Below, piece by piece: positions 1-11,480 of a stretch of DNA of 64,000 nt. Under the pieces are notes generated by a model, which did no database searches, was not told the origin of the DNA, and was given only the letters and a program-made list of their open reading frames with translations. Position numbers and translations under genes: made by a program. The first letter of the stretch is position 1. Each line of letters begins with the position of its first letter. Source of the stretch: Mobula hypostoma (taxonomy: Eukaryota); assembly GCF_963921235.1 (NCBI RefSeq), contig NC_086098.1:2170001-2234000 (forward strand), read 5' to 3'.

Positions 1-1655
1 CCTTGTCTACCTGGCTTGTAGTTTCCTCAAAAAATTGCAGTAGGTTTGTCAGGCAGGATTTTCCTTTCAGGAAACCATGATGGCTTTGGCCTATCTTGTC
101 ATGTGCCTCCAGGTACTCTGTCATCCCATCCCTAACAATCGATTCCAGCAACTTCCCAACCACTGATATCAGGCTAACAGGTCTGTAGTTTCCTTTCTGC
201 TGCCTCCTACCCTTCTTAAATAGTGGAGTAACATTTGCAATTTTCTAGTCATCTGTACAATGCCAGAATCTATTGATTCTTGAGAGATTATTGTTAATGC
301 CTCCGCAATCTCTCCAGCTACTTCCTTCAGAACCCGAGGGTGCATTCCATCAGGTCCGGGAGATTTATCCACCCTCAGACCATTAAGCTTCCAGAGCACC
401 TTCTCAGTCATAATTTTCACTGTAGATACTTCACTTCCCTGACACTCTTGAATGTCCGGTATACTGCAGATGTCTTCCACTATGAAGACTGATGCAAAAT
501 ATGCATGCAGTTCCTCTGCCATCTCTGTGACTCTCATAACAATATCTCAAGTGTCATTTTCTATTGGTCCTATATCTTCTCTCAACTCTCTTTTACTCTT
601 TATATACTTAAAAAAGCTTTTAGTATCTTCTTTGATATGAGTCATCAGCTTCCTTTCATAATTCATCTTTTCCTTCCTAATGCCCTTCTTAGTTTCCTTC
701 TGCAAGTTTTTAAAAGCTTTCCAATCCTCCATCTTCCCACTATCTTTGGCTTCCTTCTATGCCCTCTCTTTTGTTTTTACTTTGGCTCTGACTTCACTTG
801 TCAGCCACAGTAGTGTCATTCTTCCATTCAAAAATTTTTTCTTATTTGGAATATATGTCTTGCACCTCCCTCATTTTTCACAGAAACTTCAGCCATTTCT
901 GTTCTGTTCTCCTTCCTGCTAGTGTCCCTTTCCAGTCAACTTTGACCAGTTCCCCTCTCATGCCATTGTAATTTCCTTAATTCCACTGAAATACTGACAC
1001 ATTGGAATTTAGTTTCTCCTTCTCAAATTTCAATGTGAACTTGATCATATTGTGATCACTGTTCACTAAGTGTTCCCTAACCTTAAGCTCTCTTATCACC
1101 TCCAGATCATTGCACAACACCCAATCCAGCACAGCTGATCCCCTAATGGGCTCAACAACAAGCTGCTCAAAAAATTCATCACTTCGACATTCTAGACGTT
1201 CTCTCTCTTGAGGTCCAGTGCTGGCCTGGTTTTCCCAATCCACTTTCATGTTAAAATCCCCAATGATTATCATGACATTGCCCTTCTGACACGCCTTTTC
1301 TATCTCCTGCTGTAATTTGCAATCCACATCCCAGCTGCCCTCTAGACGCCTGTATACAACTGCCATTAAAGTCCTTTTACCTTTGCTATTTCTTGTAGAG
1401 CCTCTACACCTTCTGATACTATGTCATCCCTTTCTAATGATTTAATGTCATTCCTTAGACACAGGTCACACTACCCTCTCTGCCTACTAACCAATCTTTC
1501 CGATACATCGTATATCCTTGGACGTTCAGCTCCCAATGGCAGCCATCCTTTAGCCAAGTTTCAGAGAAGGCCACAACGTCATACTTGCCAATCTGTAGCT
1601 GAATTTCAAGATCGTCCATTTTATTTCTTATTCTGGTTGCATTCAAATATAACAT
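1..1655 (-). mobile_element. CR1-type LINE ORF2 fragment (APE endonuclease to RT N-terminus), degenerate, runs off window edge
   Basis: Broken ORFs carry LYLNATRIRNK, IIGDFN, SDHNMI, KSPGPDGMHPRVLKE; multiple stops and frameshifts. Confidence 0.92.
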
Positions 1656-1660
1656 TAACT

Positions 1661-2210
1661 CCCTTGGTCTGCGAGTCCCTGGGAAGTAAAAAGGCTGATT
1701 GGTGACACCCTCGGTCTGCGAGTCCACTGGGGAACTCAAGACCTGATCACTGACACCCTTGGTCTGAGAGTCCCCTGGAAAAGTCGAAGACCTGATCACT
1801 GACACCCTTGGTCTGAGAGTCCCCTGGTGAAGTAAAAGGCCTGATTGCTGAAGCCCTGGGTCTGCATGATCCCTGGAAAAAGCAAAGGCCTGATTGGCGA
1901 AACCCTCAGTCTGAGAGTCCCCTGGAGAAGTCAAAGCCTGCTGGGGAAGTCAAAGGCCTGATGTTGGCAAGCCCGACTCCGCTGGAGTTACTCTAGCCTG
2001 TCTTTGGGTTGGACGAATGACAGCATGGGTGTATGGGAGGAAAACGTTTTGATTTGCTACTTTTTGTTGCTGTTGTTCTGTTGTTCTTTTGCTGTTGTCG
2101 TTGTTATTGCTTCTGCTGAACAATGCCGCCATTGGAATATGAGGTGACAGTTGCGGGCTGCTCCAGCTTTTTACTGTATGTTTGATGTATATGTGGTAAA
2201 TAAGTGAATT
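1661..2210 (+). repeat. Non-autonomous repeat: about 6 tandem 47-49 bp units followed by a conserved GT-rich tail
   Basis: Units start near 1661, 1708, 1756, 1805, 1854, 1903 (cccttggtctgagagtcccctgg...); tail resembles 14200-14350, 26830-26955 and 33200-33365. Confidence 0.75.
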
Positions 2211-2396
2211 CTCTAACTTTTAAAATTGGAGACCATGTATTCCTATAAAAGAATACACATTGCATTTAAGTGCACTTATAACAGAATCAGAAGGAAACAC
2301 TTCCAGGAGATGAAGGAACAGATACACACAGGACGACAGGTCATACATCAATGTTAGATTGACTTGATCTGCTCCTTAGAAACACTGAGAAGTCAC

Positions 2397-2450
2397 CTTT
2401 TCCTCTGCTCAATGTTCCACATACTATCAAAAGAAGAAGTCTATATCCAG
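2397..2450 (-). other. Candidate 54-nt coding exon of an unidentified host gene (phase 1-1)
   Basis: Acceptor ccttttatttgcgtttctag|, donor AAG|GTGACT (weak); only one open frame, xGYRLLLLIVCGTLSRGK. Confidence 0.3.
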
Positions 2451-2539
2451 CTAGAAACGCAAATAAAAGGGAGATTACATTTGGGCATTAAAAATTTTCT
2501 TAGTTTATACTGCAGATTCTTTAGTAAATGTAATCCAAA

Positions 2540-3196
2540 TGTAACCCACAGGTTCGGCCAGCATGTGTTTGTCTGCAGTAAGACAACTGCTGGCCCAGCC
2601 AAACTGAGAAATTACGTTTGTGTGAATGCTACGTGATGTGTTGCCCGGTTACAAATCCAAACCGCAAAATATCAGACAACACACTGTATGCAATTAAACA
2701 ATTAAGCTGTATAAATCTTAATCTGACTGTAGCGTTAGTAAAGAAAATAAAAAGAAAAAGGACCCATTTGAATGAAACTGTCTAAGATGGACGTTGGAGC
2801 TCACGGTTCCGTCCATTCGTTCCCCACCGACCTCCTCCAAGCGTCGCTGACCGTTGGACCCTCATTCTGAGTCCACTCCGTCCACCAGTCTACCAACTCT
2901 TTCCATTCCTGTCTTCTCTCTTCATCTCTCACCGACAAAAGACCGCAAAATCCCTGCTCCTAGACCCACAAGAAATAATATCATGCCTCTCATTGGATTG
3001 CTCACATTCCAAAGTCTCCATTATCTCTAGTCATAACCCATAATTACTGCTACGGAGAAACCATTACCTCAGCAGTGAAACATTACAGAGAGGCCATTAC
3101 CTCAGCAGTGAAATATTACAGAGAGGCCATTACCTCAGCAGTGAAACATTACAGAGAGGCCATTACATTAGCAGTGAAACATTACAGCGCGTTACA
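2540..3196. mobile_element. Solo LTR (657 bp) of an LTR retrotransposon or ERV
   Basis: Termini TGTAAC (2540) and GTTACA (3196); CAAA duplicated at 2536-2539 and 3197-3200; no internal coding region. Confidence 0.85.
3061..3187. repeat. 33-bp tandem repeat (about 4 copies) inside the solo LTR
   Basis: ccattacctcagcagtgaaacattacagagagg at 3061, 3094, 3127, 3160. Confidence 0.95.
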
Positions 3197-3204
3197 CAAA
3201 CATG

Positions 3205-4185
3205 GATAGAAACATAGAAACAGAAAAACTGCAGCATAATACAGACCCTTCAGCCCACAATGCTGTGCCGTACATGTACTTAGTTTAGAAATTACCGAGG
3301 GTTACCCATCGCCCTCTATTTTTCTAAGCTCCATGTACCTATCCAGGAGTCTCTTAAAAGACCCTATTGTATCCACCTCCACTGCCGTTGCCGGCAGCCC
3401 ATTTCACGCACTGGCCACTCTCTGTGTAAAAAACTTACCCCTGACATCTCCTCTGTAGCTATTTCCAAGCACATTAAAACTGTTCCCTTTCGTGATAGCT
3501 ATTTCAGCCCTGGGAAAAAGCCTCTGACTATCCACACGATCAATGCCTCTCATCATCTTATACACCTCTATCAGGTCACCTCTCATCCTCCGTCACTTCA
3601 AGGGGAAAAGGCCAAGTTCACGCAACCTATTCTCATATGGCATGCTGCATAATCCAGGCAACATCCTTGTAAATCTTTTTGCACCCTTTCTATAGTTTCC
3701 AGATTCTTCCTGTAGTGAGGTGACCAGAACTGAGCACAGTACTCCAAGTGGGGTCTGACAAGGATCCTATATAGTCCTCTTGGCTGTTAAACTCAATCCC
3801 ATGGTTGATGAAGGCCAATGCACCGTACGCCTTCTTAACCACACAGCCAACATGCGCAACAGCTTTGAGTGTCCTATGGTTCAGACCCCAGGATCCCTCT
3901 GATCCTCCGCACTACCAACAGTCTTACCATTAATACTATATTCTGCCTTCATATTTGAACTACCAAAATGAACCATCTCACACTTATCTGGGTTGAACTC
4001 CATCTGCCACTTCTCAGCCCAGCTTTGCATCCTATCGATGTTGTGCTGTAACCTCTGACAGCCCTCCACACTATCCGCAACACCTCCAACTTTTGTGTCA
4101 TCGGCAAACTTACAAACCATTTCCTCCACTTCCTCGTCCAGGTCATTTATAAAAATCACAAAGAGAAGGGGTTCCAGAACAAGAT
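3205..4185 (-). mobile_element. 5'-truncated CR1 LINE (RT C-terminus and 3' tail)
   Basis: KFADDTKVGG, WQMEFNPDKC, MRGDLIEVYK; (catagaaa)n tail. Confidence 0.92.
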
Positions 4186-4283
4186 ACATCAGAAAAATTA
4201 ACAAGTGATTCCCCACCAATGAAATAATACAATTCTAGAGAAATGTAGAAAAACAGGAGCTCATGTAGGATATTTGACCCTTT

Positions 4284-4418
4284 AACACAAGAGATTCTGC
4301 AGATGCTGGAGATCCAGAGCAACACACACACAATGCTGGAGAAACTCAGCAGATCGGACAGCATCTATGGAGAGGAGTAAATAGTCGATGTTTCGGAATG
4401 AGACCCTTCATCAGGACT
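4284..4418 (-). mobile_element. PLE terminal-repeat fragment (family A) with minimal hammerhead motif at 4383-4418
   Basis: Reverse complement reads agtc CTGATGA agggtctcattcc GAAA c ATC gact; flanked by near-duplicated atttg(a/g)ccctttaa. Confidence 0.8.
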
Positions 4419-5299
4419 TAAGTGATTTGGCCCTTTAAGGCTGCTGTACCATTCAATATAAACATCAGTAAATTTCTGACTCAGTCCCAGATTTGGCCAT
4501 TGTCAAAACAGAATACAAGATAACATGATATTCATTCCTAAAAGGATTTATTACATTTATACCTTATACCTATCAGATACCAGAACTGGGAAAGCCAAAT
4601 ATTGTCAGGCTGAGATGTAAGCAGCATATTCTCTGTGGAATTCAGTAACATCATTTTATTTGGACTGGCTTTCAGGTCCACTGGAAAGGCATCACTAACT
4701 GAGGTTATAATGTTGCTTGAGTAGCCATTCCACAGCGTGTCTTTGTTTCTTGGCAACATAGATACTAATGCTTGATGCTGTACATTCCTGACATGTATCG
4801 ATTTGAAAGTGGCCTTGGGATTAAACCTTTACTGGTCCCACATTCATTACAGAGCCGACCTGCTGTGACATTTACAGTAACCATGTGCCTTGCATCCACT
4901 GTTCAAGTGAAGTTTGTACATCAATTGTGAGGGAATTCAAAGTCTGAGTCAAACTGCTCTATGAGACCAAAGCCCAAGACTCAGCTTGTAATTAATTTGA
5001 AAACTTCGCCACAATTGGCAGCAACACCTTCTCTTATTTGAAACACAGATTGCTTTTTATTTCTCATATGGAAAGGTGCTTGGAGAAGCTCAGGACTGAC
5101 CTCAGGGTTTTGCCTGCATGTCCTATGAGGATAAGTTAAGTGAACTCTTTGGAGTGAAGGAAGATGCGAGGAGAATTGATAGAGGTGTACAAAGTGATAA
5201 GAGGCATGGATAAAATGGACAGCCAGAAACTTTTTGTCAGGGCAGAAATGGTTAAAATGAGGGCATAATTTTAATGTAATTGGTGAAAAGTATGGAGGG

Positions 5300-5400
5300 G
5301 ACTTCTGCCATCTCCAACAGGGTCTCACCACCAAGTACATATTTCTCTCCCCACTTCTTTCTGCTTTCTGTGGGGATCGCACCCAATGTGACTCCCTTGT
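5300..5400 (+). mobile_element. PLE ORF fragment following a short + strand CR1 piece (about 5105-5300)
   Basis: Translates to FCHLQQGLTTKYIFLSPLLSAFCGDRTQCDSLV, resembling the PLE RT-EN linker. Confidence 0.55.
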
Positions 5401-6589
5401 TTTAGAACCATAGAACAGTACACCACAGAAAACAGGCCATTCGGCCCTTCCAGTCTGTGCCAAAACATTATTCTGCTAGGCCCATTGACCTGCATCTAGT
5501 CCACAACCCTCCAGACCTCTCCCATCTATGTACCTATCCAATTTATTCTTAAAACTTAAGAGTGAGCCCGCATTTACCACATCAGATGGCAGCTCGTTCC
5601 ACACTCCCACCACTCTCTGAGTGAAGAGGTTTCCCCAATGTTCCCCCCAAACCTTTCCCCTTTCACCCTAAAGCCATGTCCTCTTGTATTTATCTCTCCT
5701 AATCTAAGTGGAAGGAGCCTATTCACATTTACTCTGTCTATACCCCTCATAATTTTGTAAACCTCTATCAAATCTCCCCTCATTCTTCTACACTCCAAGG
5801 AATAAAGTCCTAACTTGTTCAATCTTTCCCTGTAACTCAACTCCTGAAGACCCGGCAACATCCTAGTAAACCTTCTCTGCACTCTTTCAATCTTACTGAT
5901 ATCTTTCCTATAGTTAGGTGACCAGAACTGTACACAAAGCTCCAAGTTTGGCCTCACCAATGTCTTATACAACCTCCCCAAACATCCCAACTCCTATACT
6001 CAATACTTCGATTTATGAATGCCAGGATGCCAAAAGCCTTCTTTACAACCCTGTCTACCTGTGACGCCACCTTCAGGGAATTATGTATCTGAATTCCCAG
6101 ATCCCTTTGTTCCTCCGCACTCCTCAGTGCCCTACCATTTACTGTGTATGTCCTACCTTGATTTGTCCTTCTAAAATGCAACACCTCACACTTGTCTGCA
6201 TTAAATTGCATCTGCCATTTTCTGGCCCATTTTTCCAGTTGGTCCAGATCTCTCTGCAAGCTTTGAAAGCCTTCCTCGCTGTCTACAATGCCTCCAATCT
6301 TAGTGTCATCAGCAAACTTGCTGATCCAATTTACCACATTATCATCTAGATCATTGATTATAGACAACAAACAACAATGGTCCCAGCACAGATCCCTGAG
6401 GAACACCACTAGTCACAAGCCTCCAGTCTGAGAAGCAATCATCCACTACCACTCTCTGTCTTCTCCCACACAGCCAATTTCAAATCCAGTTTACAACCTA
6501 GTGTCTGAACCTTCTGAACTAACCTCCCATGTGGGACCTTGTCAAAGGCCTTACTAAAGTCCATGTAGACAACATCCACAGCCTTTTTA

Positions 6590-7260
6590 AAAACGCAAAC
6601 ACGAGGCAATCTGTAGACGCTGGAATTTCAAACAACACACATAAAAATTGCTGGTGAACGCAGCAGGCCAGGCAGCATCTCTAGGAAGAGGTACAGTCGA
6701 CGTTTCAGGACTAACTGAAAGAAGAGATAGTAAGAGATTTGAAAGTGGGAGGGGGAGGGGGAGATCCAAAATGATAGGAAAACACAGGAGGTGGAGGGAT
6801 GAAGCTAAGAGCTGGAAAGTTGATTGGCAAAAGGGATATGAGAGGATCATGGGACGGGAGGCCTAGGGAGAAAGAAAGGGGGAAGGGGGAATCCCAGAGG
6901 ATGGACAAGGGGTATAGTGAGAGGGACAGAGGGAGAAGAGAGAAAAAAAATATATAATGATAATAAGTAATAATGGATGAGGTACGAAGGGGAGATGGGG
7001 CATTAACGGAAGTCTGAGAAGTCAATGTTCATGCCATCAGGTTGGAGGCTACCCAGATGAAATATAAGGTGTTGTTCCTCCAACCTGAGTGTGGCTTCAT
7101 CTTTACAGTAGAAGAGGCCGTGGATAGACATATCAGAATGGGAATGGGATGTGGAATTAAAATGTGTGGCCACTGGGAGATCCTGCTTTCTCTGGTGGAC
7201 AGAGTGTAGGTGTTCAGCAAAAAAATCTCCCAGTCTGCGTCGGGTCTCACCAATATATAG
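6590..7260 (-). mobile_element. PLE 3' end: GIY-YIG endonuclease C-terminus, pyrimidine tract and terminal repeat (hammerhead stem II deleted)
   Basis: 7004-7260 translates to LYIGETRRRLGDFFAEHLHSV...LGSLQPDGMNIDFSDFR*. Confidence 0.9.
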
Positions 7261-7569
7261 AATTTTTTAAACAATGGAATAACATGAGCTACCCTCCAAT
7301 CCTCCAGCACCACACCCGTGGCTAAGGACATTTTAAATATTTCTGCCAGGGCCCCTGCAATTTCAATTCTAGTCTCTCTCAAAGTCTGAGGAAATATCAT
7401 GTCAGGCCCGGGAGATTTGTCTACCTTTATTCGCTGTAAGGCAGCAAGCACCTCCTCCTCTTTAATTACTATATGTTCCATGACACTGCTGCTTGTTTCC
7501 CTTCCTTCCATATACGCTATGCCAGTTTCCTGAGTAAATACTGATGAAAAAAAATTGTTACTCTCAATA

Positions 7570-7880
7570 ATAAAGGCATCCGTTAGTCTTGCGAGACCAT
7601 AGATCCGTGCCTGGAAAGTCTTCACTCTCCAGGGCGCAGGCCTGGTCAAGGTTGTATGGAAGACCGGCAGTTGCCCATGCTGCAAGTCTCCCCTCTCCAC
7701 AACACTGATGTTGTCCAAGGGAAGGACAAGGGACGATACAGCTTGGCACCAGTGTCGTCACAGAGCACTGTGTGATTAAGTGCCTTGCTTAAAGACACAA
7801 CACGCTGCCTCGGTTGGGTCTCGAACTCATGACCTTCAGGTCGCTAGTCGAATGCCTTAACCACTTGGCCATGTGCCCAC
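7570..7880 (-). mobile_element. tRNA-derived SINE with CORE-like segment
   Basis: A box TGGCCAAGTGG, B box GTTCGAGAC; 10-bp TSD actctcaata (7560-7569 and 7881-7890); close copy at 58570-58880. Confidence 0.85.
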
Positions 7881-8427
7881 ACTCTCAATATACTTATAGG
7901 AACTCTTCAGGTTTACCTTCACATTATCTGCCAAAGCAACCTCATGTCTTCTTTTTGCCTTCCTGATTTCCTTCTTTAGTATTTTCTTACATTTGTACCT
8001 CAAGTACCTAATTTTTTCCTTGTTGCCTATACCTGCTATACACCTCTCTCTTTTTCTTAACCAGGTCACCAGTATCCCTTGAAAACCAAGGTTCCCTGTG
8101 CCTGTTAACTTTGCCTTTAATCCTGGCAGGAACATGCAAACTCTGCACTCTCAAAATATAGCCACTTACTGAACACATCCTTGCCAGAAAAACTTATCCC
8201 AATCCACTCTTCCTAGATCCTTTCTCATTTCCTCAAAATTGGTTCTTCTCCAATTTAGAACCTTAACTCGAGGACCAGACCTATCCTTATCCATAATTAA
8301 CTTGAAACTAATGACATTATGGTCACTGGACCCAAAATGTTAGCCTACACATACTTCTGTCACCTGATCTGTTTGGTTCCCTAATAGGAGATCAAGTATT
8401 GCATCCTCTCTCGTTTGTTCCTCTATA

Positions 8428-9122
8428 GGAGGAGGAGGAGAAGATGGCGGCGCGACACACCGCGCGAGGCTTCTCCAGTGAATGATATCTGTAATCTGTC
8501 AAGTAGGGTACCATGCATAATTCTGATTTGATGGAGACAGACGTGAGAGTACAGAGGAACATCTGGAGAAACTTCTGAAATGCCCGCTTCACTGCCGCTG
8601 CTACTGTGTGGTAACCGGAATCTCCGGAGCAGAAGGCCCTGAATCCTTGGCTTTTCTTGTTGCAGTGGCCGGGGTGAGGTCGAAGGAGCTCAGCAGAGGA
8701 TGGTGCTCAGGAAGGTGTATTGGAGGGGCTGGTCGGAGGCTCGAAGTTTTCCGATGGACGGACTCAGTGTCGGCTGTGGTCGGGTGCTTCCAAGGCCTCG
8801 GCAGTTGTCGATGCCTGGAGGTTTATGGCAGGGAGATTCTCGCTTTTGCTGCCTGATTTTGGGGACTCGGGTGTCGATCGGGACTTGAGACTTTTTTTTT
8901 TACCGTGCCCATGGTTTGTTCTTTATCAAATTACGGTATTACTTTGCACTGCTGTAACTATATGTTATAATTATGTGGTTCTGTCAGTGTTAGTCTTTGG
9001 TTTGTCCTGTTTTTCTGTTATATCACTCTGGAGGAACATTGTATCATTTCTTAATGCATGTATGCATTTCTAAATGACAATAAAAGAGGACTGAGTGTTC
9101 TCATAATCTAATCTAATCTAAT
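8428..9122 (+). mobile_element. Non-autonomous retroelement of about 700 bp with (AATCT)n tail
   Basis: Inserted in CR1; CpG-rich 5' end with AAGATGGCGGC; ends gacaataaaa...aatctaatctaatc like the Rex1 tail at 15053. Confidence 0.7.
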
Positions 9123-9593
9123 ACTGTATATTGATTTAGAAAACTTTCCTGAACACATTTGACAAACTCCAGGCCATCTAACCCTTTCACAGTGTGGGAG
9201 TTCCAGTCAATATGTGGAAAGTTAAAATCCCCTACTATTACAACTTTCCTTTTCTTACATTGGTCTGCTATCTCTCTACAGATTTGTCCATTTTTTCCTT
9301 CCCCATTGATCTCCCTCCTGGCAAGCACAACAAGTGCCTTACCTGCCCCTACACCTCCTCCCTCACTACCATTCCAGGGCCTAAACAGACCTTCCAGGTG
9401 AGGTGACACTTCACCTGTGAGTCTGTTGGGGTCATCTTCTGTTTTCGGAGCTCCCAGTGTGACCTCCTGTATATTGGTGAGACCTAACGTAGATTGGGAG
9501 ACCGCTACACCGAGCATCTATGCTCTGTCTGCCAGAACAAGCAGGTTCTCCCAGTGGCCACCAATTTTATTCCACTTCCCATTCCCATTCCAA

Positions 9594-10440
9594 CGAATCC
9601 ACGTACAGAGTGGAGGTACAGAACTTAGTGAGCTGGTGCTCAGAGAACAGCCTGTCTCTTAATACAGCAAAGACAAAGGAGCTAATTATCCATTTTGGAA
9701 AGTCATGGGATGACGAGTACGCTCCAGTCTACATTAATGGAGACATAGTGGAGAGAGTGTCCAGTTTCAGGTTCTGGGAATGCACATCTCAGAAGGCCTT
9801 ACATGGTCCACTAACACCACTACAATAGTTAAGAAAGCACAGCAATGCTTGTTTTTCCTCAGGACGCTGAAGAAAGCTGGTCTCCCTGAACAGATACCTG
9901 AACCGCTGCACCATAGAGAGCATCTTAACATACTGCATCTCTGTGTGGTATCTCAGTTGTACAGGAGCTGATAGGAAAGCACTTCAGCGGGTCGTCTCTA
10001 GCGCACAGAAGATCATCGGGACACAGCTCCCAGCCCTGGAGGACACCTACAGCTCTCGCTGCCTGAGGAAAGCTACAAGCATCTGTAAGGACAATACACA
10101 CCCATGCAATCATCTGTTTGAACTTCTTCCATCTGGCAGACGTTATAAGATGTTCTATGCCTGCACTTCCAGATGGTAAAATGGCTTTTTCCCCAGAGCT
10201 ATAATTGCTCTGAACCAATCGATCAGGCATCATCCATAAATGTGTTATATTGCTACTTTAATACTGGTTTTATGGCTGTCATGCATCTGAGTTGTGCTTT
10301 TGTACTGCTGGACATTGCTTATACTGGCTGGTTACCTGATTTTATTTATTGTTTATTTATTTTATTTGTTGTTTTATGGCATTCAGTATGAGAGTTGCAA
10401 ACCCATTTTCGCTGTATTGGTGCATGATAAATTGTACTAT
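9594..10440 (+). mobile_element. Rex1/Babar-type LINE 3' fragment
   Basis: YRVEVQNLVSWCSENSLSLNTAKTKELI, KKAQQCLFFLRTLKK, LPSGRRY. Confidence 0.85.
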
Positions 10441-10821
10441 GCTTCCTCTACTGTTACAATGAGGCCACGCTCAGGTTGGAGGAACAACACCTTATATTCT
10501 GTTTGAGTAGCCTCCAACCTGATGGCATGAACATTGATTTCTTGAATTTCTGGCAGTGAACCCCCTTCCCCACTTCTCCTTCACCTTTCCCCATTCTTGT
10601 TTCCCTCTCTTATCTTATCTCCTCACCTGCCTTCACTTCTCTCTGGTGCTCCTCCCCCTTTTCTTTATTATGTGGCTTTTTGTCCTCTCCTATCAGACTC
10701 CCACTTCTCCAGCCCTGTATCTCTTTCACCAATCAACTTCCCAGCTCTTTACTTCATCCCTCCCCTCAGCACGGTTTCACCTACTACCTTGTGTTTCTTC
10801 CTCTCTTCCCCACATTCTAAC

Positions 10822-11021
10822 AACACACATCAACATTGCTGGTGAACGCAGCAGGCCAGGCAGCATCTCTAGGAAGAGGTAGGGTCAGGACTCACGAAGG
10901 GTCTCGGCCTGAAACGTCGACTGTACCTCTTCCTAGAGATGCTGCCTGGCCTGCTGCGTTCACCAGCAACTTTGATGTGTGATGCTTGAAATTCCAGCAT
11001 CTGCAGATTTCTTCGTGTTTG
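10822..11021. mobile_element. Fold-back (inverted terminal repeat) PLE-derived insert
   Basis: Long inverted arms (ttgctggtgaacgcagcaggccaggcagcatctctaggaagaggta and its reverse complement); 14-bp duplication ccccacattctaac at 10808-10821 and 11022-11035. Confidence 0.85.
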
Positions 11022-11059
11022 CCCCACATTCTAACTCTGATTTCTCATCTTTTTTCTCC

Positions 11060-11095
11060 AGTCCTGATGAAGGGTCTCGGCCTGAAACATCGACT
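11060..11095 (+). ncRNA. Minimal type I hammerhead ribozyme motif (PLE family A), best-preserved + strand copy
   Basis: AGTC-CTGATGA-A-GGGTCTCGGCCT-GAAA-C-ATC-GACT: stem I AGTC/GACT, catalytic core, stem II; activity not shown. Confidence 0.75.
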
Positions 11096-11247
11096 GTTTA
11101 TTCTCCTCCATAGATGCTGCCTGACCTGCTGAGTTCCTCCAACATTTTGTGTGTGTTGCTTGGATTTCCAGCATCTGCAGATTTTCTTTTGTTTGTGAAG
11201 TGACATTAGAATTTTTTATCCAGTGGGAGTGTGTGGAGTTTCAGGGG

Positions 11248-11480
11248 TGGTAGAGATATGTAATGCCCTGTCATGGGTGGAGGTGTAGGTTTGCAATGCT
11301 CTATCTGAATTCATGGTAGAGAAATGTAATGCCCTGTCATGGGTGGAGGTGTAGATATGTAATGCTCTGTCTGGGGACGTGGTAGAGATATGTAATGCCC
11401 TGTCATGGGTGGAGGTGTAGATATGTAATGCTCTATCTGAAGTCATGGTAGAGAAATGTAATGTCCTGCCGTGGGTTCTG
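11248..11480. repeat. Minisatellite of alternating 33-bp A/B units (66-bp higher-order repeat)
   Basis: tgtaatgccctgtcatgggtggaggtgtagata alternates with tgtaatgctctatctgaagtcatggtagagaaa, about 7 units. Confidence 0.92.

Larger units (their letters stand above)
5403..9290 (-). mobile_element. CR1 LINE (APE to 3' tail) interrupted by a PLE, a SINE and a non-autonomous element
   Basis: Colinear pieces VIVGDFNFPHIDW (9123-9290), KSPGPD and VIPLFKK (7261-7560), KFADDTK and LYKTLVRPNLE (5574-6586). Confidence 0.9.
9291..11197 (+). mobile_element. PLE 3' portion (Cys-rich linker, GIY-YIG, terminal repeat) split by Rex1 and a fold-back insert
   Basis: KCLTCPYTSSLTTIPGPKQTFQV and LLYIGET before 9594; resumes EATLRLEEQHLIF...QPDGMNIDF after 10440. 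Confidence 0.88.

Noticed and set aside
1455..1934. 159-aa ORF with repeats fused to an endonuclease
   Set aside because: Accidental fusion of a minisatellite and a CR1 APE fragment
4538..4830. Minus-strand open frame in unique DNA
   Set aside because: No recognisable homology and no convincing splice acceptor
7029..7718. 229-aa ORF as a novel protein
   Set aside because: Chance read-through across SINE, CR1 and out-of-frame PLE sequence
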